From assembly GCF_964204645.1 (NCBI RefSeq), contig NC_134027.1:16888560-16952559 (forward strand): 64,000 nucleotides of DNA. Direction: 5' to 3'. Position numbers and translations under genes: made by a program. Source of the DNA: Tubulanus polymorphus (lineage: Eukaryota > Animalia > Nemertea). This document shows positions 26,972 to 38,582 of this stretch, piece by piece; within the stretch, counting starts at the first letter, position 1, and the number at the start of each line of letters is the position of its first letter. Under the pieces are notes generated by a model. It had not been told where the DNA came from. It worked only from the letters and a program-made list of their open reading frames with translations, and ran no database searches.

Positions 26972-27290
26972 ATTAACAGAAGAAGATATGAAAAATATTA
27001 AAAAAATATTCAAACAAATATTAATGTATCATTTGGAAAATAGAATAACAGATTCAATAAATTATGAATTCTTTTTAAATAAGATTGTAAATTATTTAAA
27101 CATAGATATTATAATTCCATTTGACGAATTAACAAACAAAAAGATACAAAGAGAGCGAGATAAAATGTGGAACAAGATAGAACTTTATTTAAATGAGAAA
27201 AAAGAAATGGAAGAAGAAACTAAACAATTAAATGAAAATGAAGAAGCCAATAGTGATTTCGAGTATGATGATATTGATTTTATGTTTTAA
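26958..27290 (+). CDS. Hypothetical protein with acidic tail
   Basis: 110-aa ORF overlapping upstream stop and convergent with pPolB. Confidence 0.6.
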   Translation: MKNLKLTEEDMKNIKKIFKQILMYHLENRITDSINYEFFLNKIVNYLNIDIIIPFDELTNKKIQRERDKMWNKIELYLNEKKEMEEETKQLNENEEANSDFEYDDIDFMF

Positions 27291-30200
27291 TGACCATAAG
27301 GTAATGTTTTTATACCATCATCTAAAATATGCCTTTTATCATCAAATTCAAACTAGTTTTTTCAACTTCATTAATGTACATCTCGTGATCTTCTGATCTT
27401 AAACAATTCATTTTGTGTTTCATTACAATTGAGTTATATAAACACTTTATATAATCTTGAAATTCTATATGTTTATCAACCACATGTTTTGTTATTCCTT
27501 TTAACTTTTTAGCTTCATGATCTTTTGTTCTATAACTATACATTTTACTTCTTATCCCAAGAAATTCAATCATTTCATCACCCCCTAATTCATCTTTAAA
27601 CTTACCAGGAATCTTTTTATTATCATTGCTAAATAGTTCATGATCTTTGGGATAATTGCTAAAATCAAAATGATGTTTTAATGTTTTTAAGTCTTTTGTT
27701 ATGTCATTTGTTTTGATTTTTAGTATGTACGCATCCGTATTTTTTGGATTAATGGGAACCAAGAATTGAATGTTCCATCATCTGTTGATAAATCATAAAC
27801 ATAGTCAGTTGGGTTAGATATTTCAAATAAATCTTTAACTTCTTCAGTTAAATCTTTTTCTACATGCCTTAAATTAAAACAATTTGGTTTAGATTTAATC
27901 AACCCAATATTCATATTGAAGCCTAATGAATTGCATAATATATTCAATCCTGATATAGCAGCTTTTCCTTTTTGAGCTAAAGATATTGTTTTGCGGTTTT
28001 TGAAACTTTTAGTACCATCTGCTGCGTAGAATCCAACGAAGAACCATTTTCTTAAATTATTATTTGCATTTAATACATAATCTGGAACTATCTTTTCTTT
28101 AGTTGAAGTATTACTTTTCACTATTGCATGAATATAGAATTCATCATTATATTCTATAGCAAAATCTTTAGGATTATTTACAAGTATTCTATAAACTGCT
28201 GATGATTTCATAACATCCATGATTCTAAATGTTTTATGTGAATAAACTTCTTCACAGAATTTCTTAATTCTTTCTAATAATTTCAAGTCTTGATTGCATA
28301 AATACCAACAATATTTATTACCCCAAACATAATTATACACACCTGCTGAACCATCTCCCATGAAAAATCCTTTGATAAAATATTCTTTTTCTTCTAATGT
28401 TTCGGGTTCTATATTATAAATATTATCAATAATTTCATCAAATGACATATGATTCATTCTTTGGAAAAATCTTTTATGTAATAATTCATCTCCAATTTTT
28501 ATATCAGTTGGTTTTATTTCATCGCCATTTCGTTTAATTAAACTATGATCTTCTGTAACATCTACAAACCCTAATTTAGTTCTAACTCTATAGATTTTCT
28601 TTGTTTTATGCCTAATAATATTCTTTAATTTTTTCCATCCATTTCTTGTCCAAACATCCATTAAACCATTTATTTGTATTAATTCTTTTTCACCATATGA
28701 AATATAACATTCATTTTGTTTTGGAATTATTTCTGAAATTCTTCTTATCAATATTTTTATCATTAAATTTTAATAATATTGGGGTGTCAGCTGTTACAGA
28801 ATCAAAATATAATATTTCAATATGCTTTCCCCCAAAAAGTGGTTGTAAAACATTATAATAAAAATCATACATTAATAATTTTGATACTTCTAAAACAGTT
28901 GAACCAATGAATATAGGTTCATTAAATTTCATTGACGTTCTTTTTAATTCAACTGCTGTTAAATAATCTTCAAATCTTTTATTTCCTAAATGTCTAGGAC
29001 TTGATTGTAAATGTCTTAATCTTTCAGAATTATTTACTAATTCAATATCATTTCTATTTCTAATATTTTCACATGTTTTACCATAAAAACTATTATTCAT
29101 TAATTTGAAGAAATCTTTTTCAAAATCTGTTTTTGATATGGTTCTCTGTTGAGTATTAAAATCTATATATTTTTCTAACCACTTCGATTGATTAAATTCA
29201 ATGTATCTATGTACTTTCTTTAATTTCATTCCTTGTTTTAGATAAAATTTTAACATTCTATAATGAACAATATAATTGTATTTATTATTTTGAGTAAGTA
29301 TTAATTTTTCTGTAAAAACATGATCTTTCGGTTTTATTTTCTTCTGGTATTCACTTAAATAACTATCATCTACGGTTAAATGTTCTGGGCAATAAGGTAA
29401 GTTTCTTGTTTTAAACTTTATATTTTCAGGATATTCTAAATCAACTACAAAAAAATAACCAATTGGTGCTTCATCTTCTAAACTCATAATTGCGCTTTCC
29501 CAATTAGTTTTATCATCATTTTCAACTTCTGTTAATATAAAATTTTTATATGGTTGAGGTTGCATCATTGCCCAACCATATAAATTATTGGCGTCAATAT
29601 ATAATAATTTATATTCATCATTTGCTCTAAAATACCTATCTCCCATAACACCACTAATTCCACCTCTAATTGATTTTTCAAATAATAAAACCATATCTGG
29701 TTCTTTTAATAAATCTAATTCTACATTTGTATATTTTAAACCACATTGCCAGGTTAAACCAGGACTAGAGTAGCAATAACAAGGATCAACATTAAAATGA
29801 TTCAAATTAACTTCTCTAAATTTTTCAAATATGTCGGCCAATATCATTACATCTGATTTTAAATATAAATCAACTAATTCACCATGATTTTTCATCTTAA
29901 AATGGTTCCAAATATTTAATGTTCTATTAAACACTTCGTCTTTCACATACTCCTCTTTTAATTGATCATAAAATTGATCTTTTAATAATTCTGTTACATT
30001 AAAATCATTGTGTGTTTTATAAAATGAATAAGGAATTGCGCCTTTATATCTCAATAATTTAAAATCTTGGTCATTTGGATAATAATATCGAGTTATTATA
30101 AAATCATTATCAACTAAACTTTTTGATAAATTATCTAATGAACTTGCTAGAAATCTATAAGAATCTAAAAATCTAATGCAACCAAATTGAAATGAAATAT

Positions 30201-32343
30201 AATTTTCAGATGTTTTAGCTAATAGTTTAAAATCATATTTTCTTACATTTACACCATTCATAGCATTATATTCTTCTATTTCTTGATTAATTGCGCCCAA
30301 TTTTCCCGATAATTGTTTTATAATTAGATGGGTATCATAGCCTGATAAATTATGAAATAATATTGGTACGAAATTTACTTTTTTAGCTTGTAAATTGCAA
30401 TCTTCATGAGCAGCTCCACGATATTTTGAATTTAAATGATCATGATCTCTAACTTTTTTATCAAATGAATAAAAACGTTTTTCACAATAACAACAATGAG
30501 TTGCATAATTAAAATCAATTTCATCTTCTTTTGTCATAACTATTCTTTTATTTTTGTTTAATAAATTTGCAAAATCACTTTCTAATTCAATCATTTTATC
30601 ACAAAAATCATTAACTAGATTTTCACCTCTAAAAGAAATATATTGACTTTCATATAATTCAGGATAATTTGATTTTATATAAATTCCACAAGCAGCAGCT
30701 CTTTGATGAACTTTTTTAATTGTGTTTATAATTGGCGGGTCTTGTATTGTGTCTTCATTTAATTCATTTCCTTTATCCATTGATTTTAATAATTGCTTTT
30801 TGTTATATATTTCTTTTCTATCTTGATCAGTTAATTCTTTATTCAACGATTCAAAATCCCCATAAATTACAAATGGAACAATATTCTTAAATTTATGATT
30901 AGTAAATTTCAATTTATAATCTTGTTCTGTTGGCATTATTAATTTACAAAAATCTTTATTATCACATAATTCTTTATGTTTTAATAATGTATTCTCAGTC
31001 ATAAATTTAGATAAACATTTTCTACATAGATAAATTTTATTATGGTGATCACTTTCTGTTCTAAAGAATAAATCAATTTGTTTTAACCACATATAATGTT
31101 CATTTTCATCTTTTTTGTAATATAACAAATCTATAGCATTTTCATCATCATAATATTCTGTTAAATATAAAGCTTCCAATGTATAATCTTTAATATTTTC
31201 ACCTTTTGTCTTTTGTAATTGCATTAATTCAAATACATTTATTTTTAAATTATTAACTTTTTCTATTTTAGGAATCATTTTTATAGTTACTGGATATTGA
31301 TCAATTTTATATAATGTTTCATATTTCCAGTAATTTGTTATTCTACAAACATTTTCCTGTGTTGGATGTAAGCAACTAATAATTGACCATAGAAAACATT
31401 TATTATCTTCATTTTGAATATTTATTACTGCTTTTGTTGTAAATGGTAATTTAATATAAGATGATGCTTTAATATCCTTTTCTGTTGTAAAGTTTGAATC
31501 ATTTTTAAACATTTTATTACTTTTTGATGTTTTATTCCTTTTTGTATTGTAAACATTTAAATCTAAATATATAATTTCATTCAATGTTAAGCCAGAACCC
31601 TCAAAATATCTTTCTTCAATATGACGTTTAAATTCATTAAATATTTTTTCTAACTTCTCTTTTATTTGCGTTTTTGAAATCATTTCTTCATAGAGTGTTT
31701 GAATATTATAATCCATTTTTTCTTCTGACTTTATAAAACATACTTTCCCAGAGATACTAATTTTTGGATATTCAACATCTGTTATCAAATCTAGTATTTT
31801 TTCTATTATTTCAATAAATTTACTATAATCTTCTATTGTTGTACCTTCAAAAAATCTAAATATAATAGCTGCAGGACCAATTTTACTATGTAATGTTTCT
31901 AAAATTTCAATTGTATCTTTTATTTCTAGTGAATCAATGTAATTTCTAACATTTTCCATGTAAGGTTTATTTGAAATGCATTTAGTTTTTGAATTTGGTT
32001 TTTTTACTTTTTGAGGTTTATCGTTAAAATAATCTTTTCCTAAAACATTATTACTCAAATTTTGATGGTGTTTTTGTGATTCGAGATGTCTATTATAATT
32101 CCTTTTTACTATAAATTCATTACAAACTTCACATTTTATTTCATCCACATTCATATTTTCTAATCTTTCTTTTCTTTCATTGGAATTTTCTGGAGTTTCA
32201 AAATCTATTACATTTTTTATATGATTTGCAGTTTTTTCATGTCGTGTTTTATGAGATGTATCGATGTATTTTTTACAATATTGGCAATAATATTGATTTT
32301 TATTAACATTATTGTTTCCTGGCTGGTGTTCATTCTCCCCCAT
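27287..32343 (-). CDS. polB: Protein-primed family B DNA polymerase with N-terminal zinc fingers, containing an intein (frameshifts in and after the intein)
   Basis: FVIYGDFES, FHNLSGYD, YIDANNLYGWAM, KLMNNSFYGKT, YFD|TD; DHDH..CNL zinc motif. Confidence 0.95.
27739..28800 (-). mobile_element. Intein with LAGLIDADG homing endonuclease in pPolB motif C
   Basis: Block A SVTADTPILL, block B VTEDHSL, GFFMGDG and GFYAADG, block F YVYDLSTDDGTF, terminal KN followed by Thr. Confidence 0.92.
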
Positions 32344-32428
32344 TTATTAGGAAAAAAAAATACTTGTGGTGATGAGTGGTGTCTCGCCCTCTCGCCCTCT
32401 GATCTGAAAGCCTACTTTCCCAATTACT

Positions 32429-32490
32429 GACCATTCATTGCGCGACCCCACCCTTATCGGTCCATAGGATGAGGTCTCCGGTCGTTTCCC
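32429..32490 (-). promoter_or_regulatory. -1 ribosomal frameshift signal (G GGA AAC + stem/pseudoknot)
   Basis: Slippery heptamer in gag frame at 32484-32490; stem GACCTCATCCT/AGGGTGGGGTC; loop GACC can pair with downstream GGTC. Confidence 0.7.
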
Positions 32491-33520
32491 TGACCAAATG
32501 TTCGATTAACCCGTTGGGAATCACGCCCAAGATTCTGTGACCGAAACTGACCCCTACCAGAATTTTGGGGACGGCGATTATCACGCTGAAATGCGTCCAG
32601 GTTTGGCGAGACCCGTGACCTTTGTTGGTCGTAACGCCAAGACGGACAATTCTTGGCGTAATGGACAGGGGCGTGACATTGATAGCACACCACCTGTCCA
32701 TCTTGCGACCTTTGTGATGGACGGTTCTCACTATAGTAGGTACCTCTATCATTTTGCTGAGTACGGGTAGATTTTTGAGTGTCCATGATCTGGCGAAACA
32801 TGTCCCGTAGCTCAGTCATGACATCTCCTATCGCCTTATTTGGTTCGGTCCCAATTTCCGATACCTTGGGAGACGACAGAGCCTTACGTTGTTCGATATG
32901 TTCAGCCATTCTGGCTGCTTCCTTTGCATCCCTAAACGTCGTAGACGCTGTGACAACAAAAAGACAGAAATATCAGGGCGGGAGTTATTGATTAATAACA
33001 TCTTCTTTTGATGGTCAGAAAATTTCAAACTTGAGGCCACACGATCAATCTCCTCTGCAAACCTATCGACCGATTGCGTTTCCCCCTGTCCCATTGTCGT
33101 CAAGGCTGACTCCTTGACCACGGCCCACGAGGTGGGGCTAAATTGTGAGTAAAATGCATGGACAATATGCTCCCAGGGAGTGGCAATATTTCTACCGGTC
33201 GCATCGATACCCTGATCAATTCGAAGATCATTAAATAAGATTAGAGCCGGGCCAGCCAAAAACCAATACAACTGTTTCTTTTTAGCTTCATCGTCCCAAC
33301 CCCTTAGATCGGCCAAACGGTCAAATCCTTTGAACCAATCAGAGACACACTGGTCGTCTCGTCCCGTAAATTTAGGGAGCATAGAGAAATTCATGAACGC
33401 CGCGGCTTTTTCCACCTGTTCGCGAAGGCCAGAGAGGGCCTGCAGAACAGTGTCGTTGCTAACAGCGGATCGTTCCCGTGAGCCACCCGCGCCGTACCTC
33501 GTCTCCCCTCCTGTCGACAT
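32454..33520 (-). pseudogene. gag: Gypsy gag (capsid + CCHC zinc knuckle), frameshifted
   Basis: LPKFTG..WF..F..W..L.GPA; Q..SVDRF; CYQCHAPVHYAKNC. Confidence 0.88.
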
Positions 33521-33585
33521 TGTATATCTTTAAACGAATACTAATCTAAAATAACATTTTAAAAATTTCCAACCCAAAAAAACAG

Positions 33586-33950
33586 ATGTAGGTTCGATTC
33601 CCCATCCTGGCCGGACGGTTTTGGCAATTCACAAGGTAGAGGGTTCGAACCCCTCAATGGCTGTAGTGCAGCCCCATCGGTGTCGACCTGCATGGCGAGT
33701 GGGTTAGAATCCCACAGAGGTCCCCGACACTCCTCCGGTATTACACATGAGCGTGCAGTGGTGGGTTCGAATCCCACGACGGCTCTCGGTGTCCGGAATC
33801 TCAAATGGTCGTGCACTTCGCGGGTTCGAATCCCGCAATGTCTCAACAGGGACGACCGGAGTTGGCAATGGGTTCGAATCCCACAATGGTTCCCGAAACT
33901 CCACCGGAATTTCAAATGGTTTCGTTTGAGGTGGGTTCAACTCCCACAAT
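33586..33950 (+). repeat. Array of seven tRNA T-arm/B-box-like hairpins (GGTTCGAATCC)
   Basis: Cores at 33591, 33642, 33702, 33764, 33823, 33871, 33934. Confidence 0.85.
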
Positions 33951-34100
33951 AGCTTTCCGAATGTTGGGCTGGTTGTAGCGCGGTGCTTCTTAGAAAATGC
34001 GTTCTTCGCACCACGATGTGAGCATATAAAAATGTGTACCATTTGAACAACAATTAATTACTTATGCAAAAGTTTCCGGCACAACTGAACTAAACAGTAT

Positions 34101-34114
34101 GGGTTTCGGCACCA
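34101..34114 (-). promoter_or_regulatory. Primer binding site TGGTGCCGAAACCC (tRNA-Phe-like 3' end)
   Basis: 1 nt inside the 5' LTR end; complementary to ...GGGTTTCGGCACCA. Confidence 0.85.
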
Positions 34115-34115
34115 G

Positions 34116-35361
34116 TGATACGCCGGTCACAATCCTCTCCTTAGTCGTTAATTAATAAAAGCAATAATCGGTCCCTGGTGAGAGAACGTGTCCGCGCACA
34201 AACCCAAGTAAAACTAGAATACCGGAAACTTTGAATGGATATAACAATACAAGATGAATTTATTTACCTTGATATTCAACACAGGTCTCCAGTTCTACAC
34301 AATCCAAATCCTAGCTCTAAATTCCTATTGCACTCTCCTGTTGGTAACCCGTCCTGAATCAAGTCCCAGACCAGCTTTTAACAAGTATCTACGAGTGTCT
34401 CCCGAGTGACTGCTCTCACAAGATGCGGATCCCTTTTATAGAAAGAATCGGCATTCTTAAAATACCGACTCTCCCACTCGACTTTTGGCAAGGAGCAGCA
34501 ACCTTACTGTCATGACTGTTTTGGTCATATAGAATTTGGCCTTAATGATTCGCTGATCTAAAATTATTTGAGAAACTGATTTGCTAAACTAACTTTTTCC
34601 TTCCAACCCTCTTGTCATGACGCGGAATGATTTACTCACTCCTTGCTTATCATCGTTGAGAAAACAGCTACTCTCAGCGAGTTACCAACAGACGTATAAA
34701 GAGAAACTTTAGAGAGCTAGTATTATCATTTAACACAAATTAATTTTCTTAAAACTTTGGCGATTATAGAGACTTTGTTCTCATTTAACATCTAGGATAT
34801 TCAAATTAAATATATTTTTGAAACTATAGTATTTGTCTCAGATTACGGTACCACTGATTATTTCTTTTTGAATTATTATAAATACTTTTGATTCGGAACT
34901 TCATTATGATCCCCTATCTCTCTTAAGATCATTCTAAAGCTGTTATACTAAATAAATTTGATTACAATGCGGGATAAAGCAAAACAACAATATCTCCCCA
35001 TACTTCCGTTTTTCTTTTTATAGAAAGTAGTCGGGAGTATCATGAAGTAACAGCGTGATTCTTTCACCAGCCGCATAATAAATGCAACCCATTGTTCCGA
35101 CCAAATACGGTTCCGTCTATTCTTAAGTTTATAAAAAGATTTCTGAATGTTTGCCAGATAACGCAGCAGAAGAACCGAGAAAGAATTATTTTTACACCAG
35201 GATGATTTATGGTCAGCGCTGATAGATCAAAGCATCAAACAACAACCTGCTTACTACATCTTACTACGTTTGTTGTCTGAAACCATTAATAACCACCAAC
35301 GCATTCAGGAAATCAACATTACAAACATTTTTTAGCTACTACGAAATCTTGCTGCGGATCA
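34116..35361 (-). repeat. 5' LTR (~1.25 kb)
   Basis: TGATCCGC...GCGTATCA inverted ends (7/8), TATA-like CTATAAAA and AATAAA on minus strand. Confidence 0.82.
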
Positions 35362-35958
35362 GTATGAATTGGATAGTTCTATTTTAATGGCACACGCTAA
35401 TACTTTGGGCAAGAAAATGGCGAAATATTTCTTTACGAGGTCTGAAATGCATACGGTTAATATCCCTAAAGGGCATAGAACTATTACTAAAGATTCGTTG
35501 TTTTTGGGTGAAATTCCGCTAGCTATAATAGCTTGCTTTGTCGAAGACGAAGCAATGTATGGTAATTATAGAAAATGTCCTTACAATTTTTTAGATTACA
35601 ATTGAGCGGAAATGTCTGTTACCGTAAATAATGTTCACATCCAAAATAGCACGTTGATTTTAGATTCCGAAGGGGACGGTGTTGAAGCATATTTCAACGC
35701 CTTATTATCGAGGGGTATGCTATACAAAAACGAGAATTTCGGTATTAAAAGAGACGAATTTAAAGCGGGAAATTTCATGTGTATTTTCAATATATCTCCT
35801 GTATTGGGCGATCACTATCGCTTATTTAACATGGATCGTTAAAAATTCAGTTACGATTTGATAAAGATTTGCCGACCAATGTAAACTTAGTTTTACTCGC
35901 CGTGTTTGACGAAGTTTTGCAAGTCGCTGAAAACAGAGACATTACCATCGATTTTTAA
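35362..35958 (+). pseudogene. Maverick major capsid protein, C-terminal part
   Basis: AKYFFTR..DSLFLGEIP.AIIACFV..AMYGNYRKCPYNF pattern typical of Maverick capsids. Confidence 0.8.
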
Positions 35959-35991
35959 AAGCGTTCGATTTTCTAAAGTTCAATTTTAATC

Positions 35992-36464
35992 ATGTTATAC
36001 ACTAATCAGATTTTAGAATTAATGAAAAATGTCGAATGTATAAAACCTCGATTCAAAGGTGTTTTTCCATGCGATATGATGCCTGCGGTAAATGCTTTGA
36101 AACCCTATGGTTTCATTGTGAATAACGATAATTCGTACCGGGTACTTATTGGTTAAGCATATTTATAAACGGATCTAAAATCGGATTTTTCTTTGACTCT
36201 TTTGGCAAAACACCAAATTTTTATAATGAAATCTTAACGAATTATATGCACGAAAATTGTAAAGTATCGTATTATAACTCTATCCAATATCAAAATGTTA
36301 TGTCTGATACTTGTGGTTATTACGCGATGTTTGTACAACTATTATTATGTCACGGAATGGATATGAATGAAATTGAAAAGTACTTTTCGAAAAATACCAA
36401 GCAAAATGACGAGATTGTTACAGACTATATTGTAAATTATTTCAATCTGATGAATAAAACATAA
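35992..36464 (+). pseudogene. Adenain-like (C5) cysteine protease, frameshifted
   Basis: GVFPCD, FIVNND, GTYW (His replaced), FFDSFG, QNVMSDTCGYY. Confidence 0.85.
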
Positions 36465-36878
36465 AGTTTTTTACACTTACCTAAGACTTGATTGTAGACT
36501 TAGTTGAAGATGATCTAAATGACGCGTCTCGGTTGTACCTGTCCGTATTTTGCTCTCGAAAATATCAACGATACGAAAACAGTCTCGAGGATTGAAATTG
36601 AAGTGAAAATGACGGGTATTCATAACCCTTATATACTTACGTATGATAGTTTCAAACTCTGCGGGGTGCGGCGGGGGTTTACTAATGAATGAAGTAAGCG
36701 TGTCCCATATCAGGTGACACGTTTTTATTACGTAATATTGCAAAAATATGGATGTCATTTGACCCCCCCCCCCATACAGAACTACTGCAAAAGCGAGGCT
36801 AGGCAACCGTCTGACTCTTTCTTGGAATTTTACGTTGGTCTTGAAAAAGACCGTTTTTTTTCTTCAGATACACGTATA

Positions 36879-37369
36879 TTAAAATATATACGCGTTCTGG
36901 ACCGTATATGTCGGGATAGATCGACAATGTTCCGATGGCAGTGGATCGCTGTCATCTCTTCGGCAGTATGGACATTCGTAATGTCGTATGTTCTTTAAGT
37001 GTTTAATACACTTAACATGTATCTGCTTTCCGCAGCATGATGTCGGTGTGTCCACGCACACCTCCAAACACACGCAGCACGTAAGGTCGAGAAAAGATCC
37101 ACAAAATGTACACTGGTGGTGCTGCGAATGGTCGATTCCGCTGTAACAGTCATGACATATCGGCGCACGACAACACGGCATCTGATTTTGTGAAATGTGC
37201 AACGCACACCCTCTGCATACATCCGTCTCCCGGTTAAGCGCAGGAACCGAGCCGGTACATCCATCGCGGAAAACTGGATCAATGTGCCCTTCGAGCCCAA
37301 TGATTCTCATCATTGGGCACATGATTTCCGCCTGCTCGCTTTGGTCTTCCGCCGCGTTGTCGAAGCAGG
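36879..37369 (-). pseudogene. Multi-RING-finger protein, 3' part (split by copy C)
   Basis: CRGC..CCRAPICHDC..CTFC; CCVC..CCGKQIHVKC..CPYC. Confidence 0.75.
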
Positions 37370-38093
37370 AGTAATAGGGGTAATGGGCTTTCATACCAAA
37401 GGTCGAACGGTCGAGCTCATTAAAAAACAAAACATTAAAAGTAATTTAAACCAATAATATATTTTCATAATCGTGTGTATTTTATATTATAACTAAATAT
37501 TTATTCTAAGATATCAATAATTTAAAAAGCATATTGTATTAAATCAATTGGTCGCTCCACTTCGCTACCGCTCCGCTCCGCGACCAATTGATTTATTTAC
37601 AATACACAAATTCATATAATCAAATATATTCAAATAATAATAATAATTCTATTATTCAACTGAAATACACACGGTTATGAAAATATATTATAGTTTTAAA
37701 TTACTTTTAATATTTGTTTTTAATGAACTCGACCATTCAACCTTTGATATGAAAGCCCATTACCCCTATTACTCTTAAAATATTCATATAAATGAATAAC
37801 ATTTAAATTGACAGATTATTCAATATAAAAGTATATATTTACAACATTATTTCAATATTTATATTTGTGTGAGTTAGATGTTTAAACATTAAAAGTGTTA
37901 GTAAAGTGTGATTGAAATAATACATGATATAAATCATTGAACTTCTAAAATCAATTTAAAAAAAAAATTTAGTATTAAAATGGAAGCAAATAAGTACTAC
38001 TGTCCAACATGTAATATCAATGTAGATAAATCCCAAAAAGCAAGACACAATAAAACTAAAACACATTTAGAGAATGAATTGAAACTAGAATAT
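37370..38093. repeat. Left TIR of C with fold-back 37370-37773
   Basis: Reverse complement of 56887-57611; internal arms ~110 bp. Confidence 0.93.
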
Positions 38094-38183
38094 TTACAGT
38101 TATATTCAGAACAGTTAACAAAGGCAAAGAAATTTATTGAATTATGGAATAATGATCCAAATAATGAACAATACGTTGAGTAA
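37980..38183 (+). CDS. Small zinc-finger ORF (pPolB N-terminus + HNH C-terminus chimera)
   Basis: First 38 aa as in 56773..57000; tail LQLYSEQLTKAKKFI..NNEQYVE as in 39348..40016. Confidence 0.6.
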   Translation: MEANKYYCPTCNINVDKSQKARHNKTKTHLENELKLEYLQLYSEQLTKAKKFIELWNNDPNNEQYVE

Positions 38184-38317
38184 TTTGATATCAAGGATCC
38201 GATGTTTATACTAGAACATGATTCTATTTGAACCTATATACATTCTATGTAAAGAGCTATGTAATAAATCTATAAATTCACAGCTGTTACAGCCGTTACT
38301 ATGACGCCGAGACATTA

Positions 38318-38582
38318 TGACTCATAATATTACAAACGTGTATAGAAAATTCTAGAAAGGTGTGCTGGAACTCTGAATAGAGATGACACGTCATAATCAG
38401 AAACGTGTAGAATATTCTAGAAAAGGCGCGCCGGAACCAGATGACGTGGCATAATCAACGACGTGTCATTATAGAAATCGCCCCGAAAATGAACAGACGC
38501 TGTATTATTGTGCTCAGGATATTCTATATATCGAAACGAAATTAGGAGTTTATAGTTTACAATTATAAATCTAAATGTAAGT
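38318..38582 (+). promoter_or_regulatory. Pol II-type promoter: AP-1, two heat-shock elements, CRE/UPRE-like sites, TATA, splice donor
   Basis: TGACTCA 38318; GAAAATTCTAGAA 38345; GAATATTCTAGAA 38410; TGACGTGG 38442; TATATA ~38525; GTAAGT 38577. Confidence 0.6.

Larger units (their letters stand above)
15896..32428 (-). mobile_element. Polinton/Maverick-like element copy B, complete (16.5 kb)
   Basis: 68-bp TIRs 15896-15963 / 32361-32428, AGT...ACT ends, perfect TSD GACCAT at 15890-15895 and 32429-32434; pPolB, MCP, penton, integrase, ATPase. Confidence 0.96.

Noticed and set aside
33586-33950. CRISPR array or tRNA gene cluster
   Set aside because: Repeats are short and variable, linkers are partly homologous, there are no cas genes, and units lack acceptor/D arms and full tRNA length
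34618-35361. Independent 745-bp solo LTR abutting two element ends
   Set aside because: Better explained as part of one 1.25-kb LTR (TGATCCGC/GCGTATCA ends, PPT) cut by Polinton A; no convincing TSD of its own
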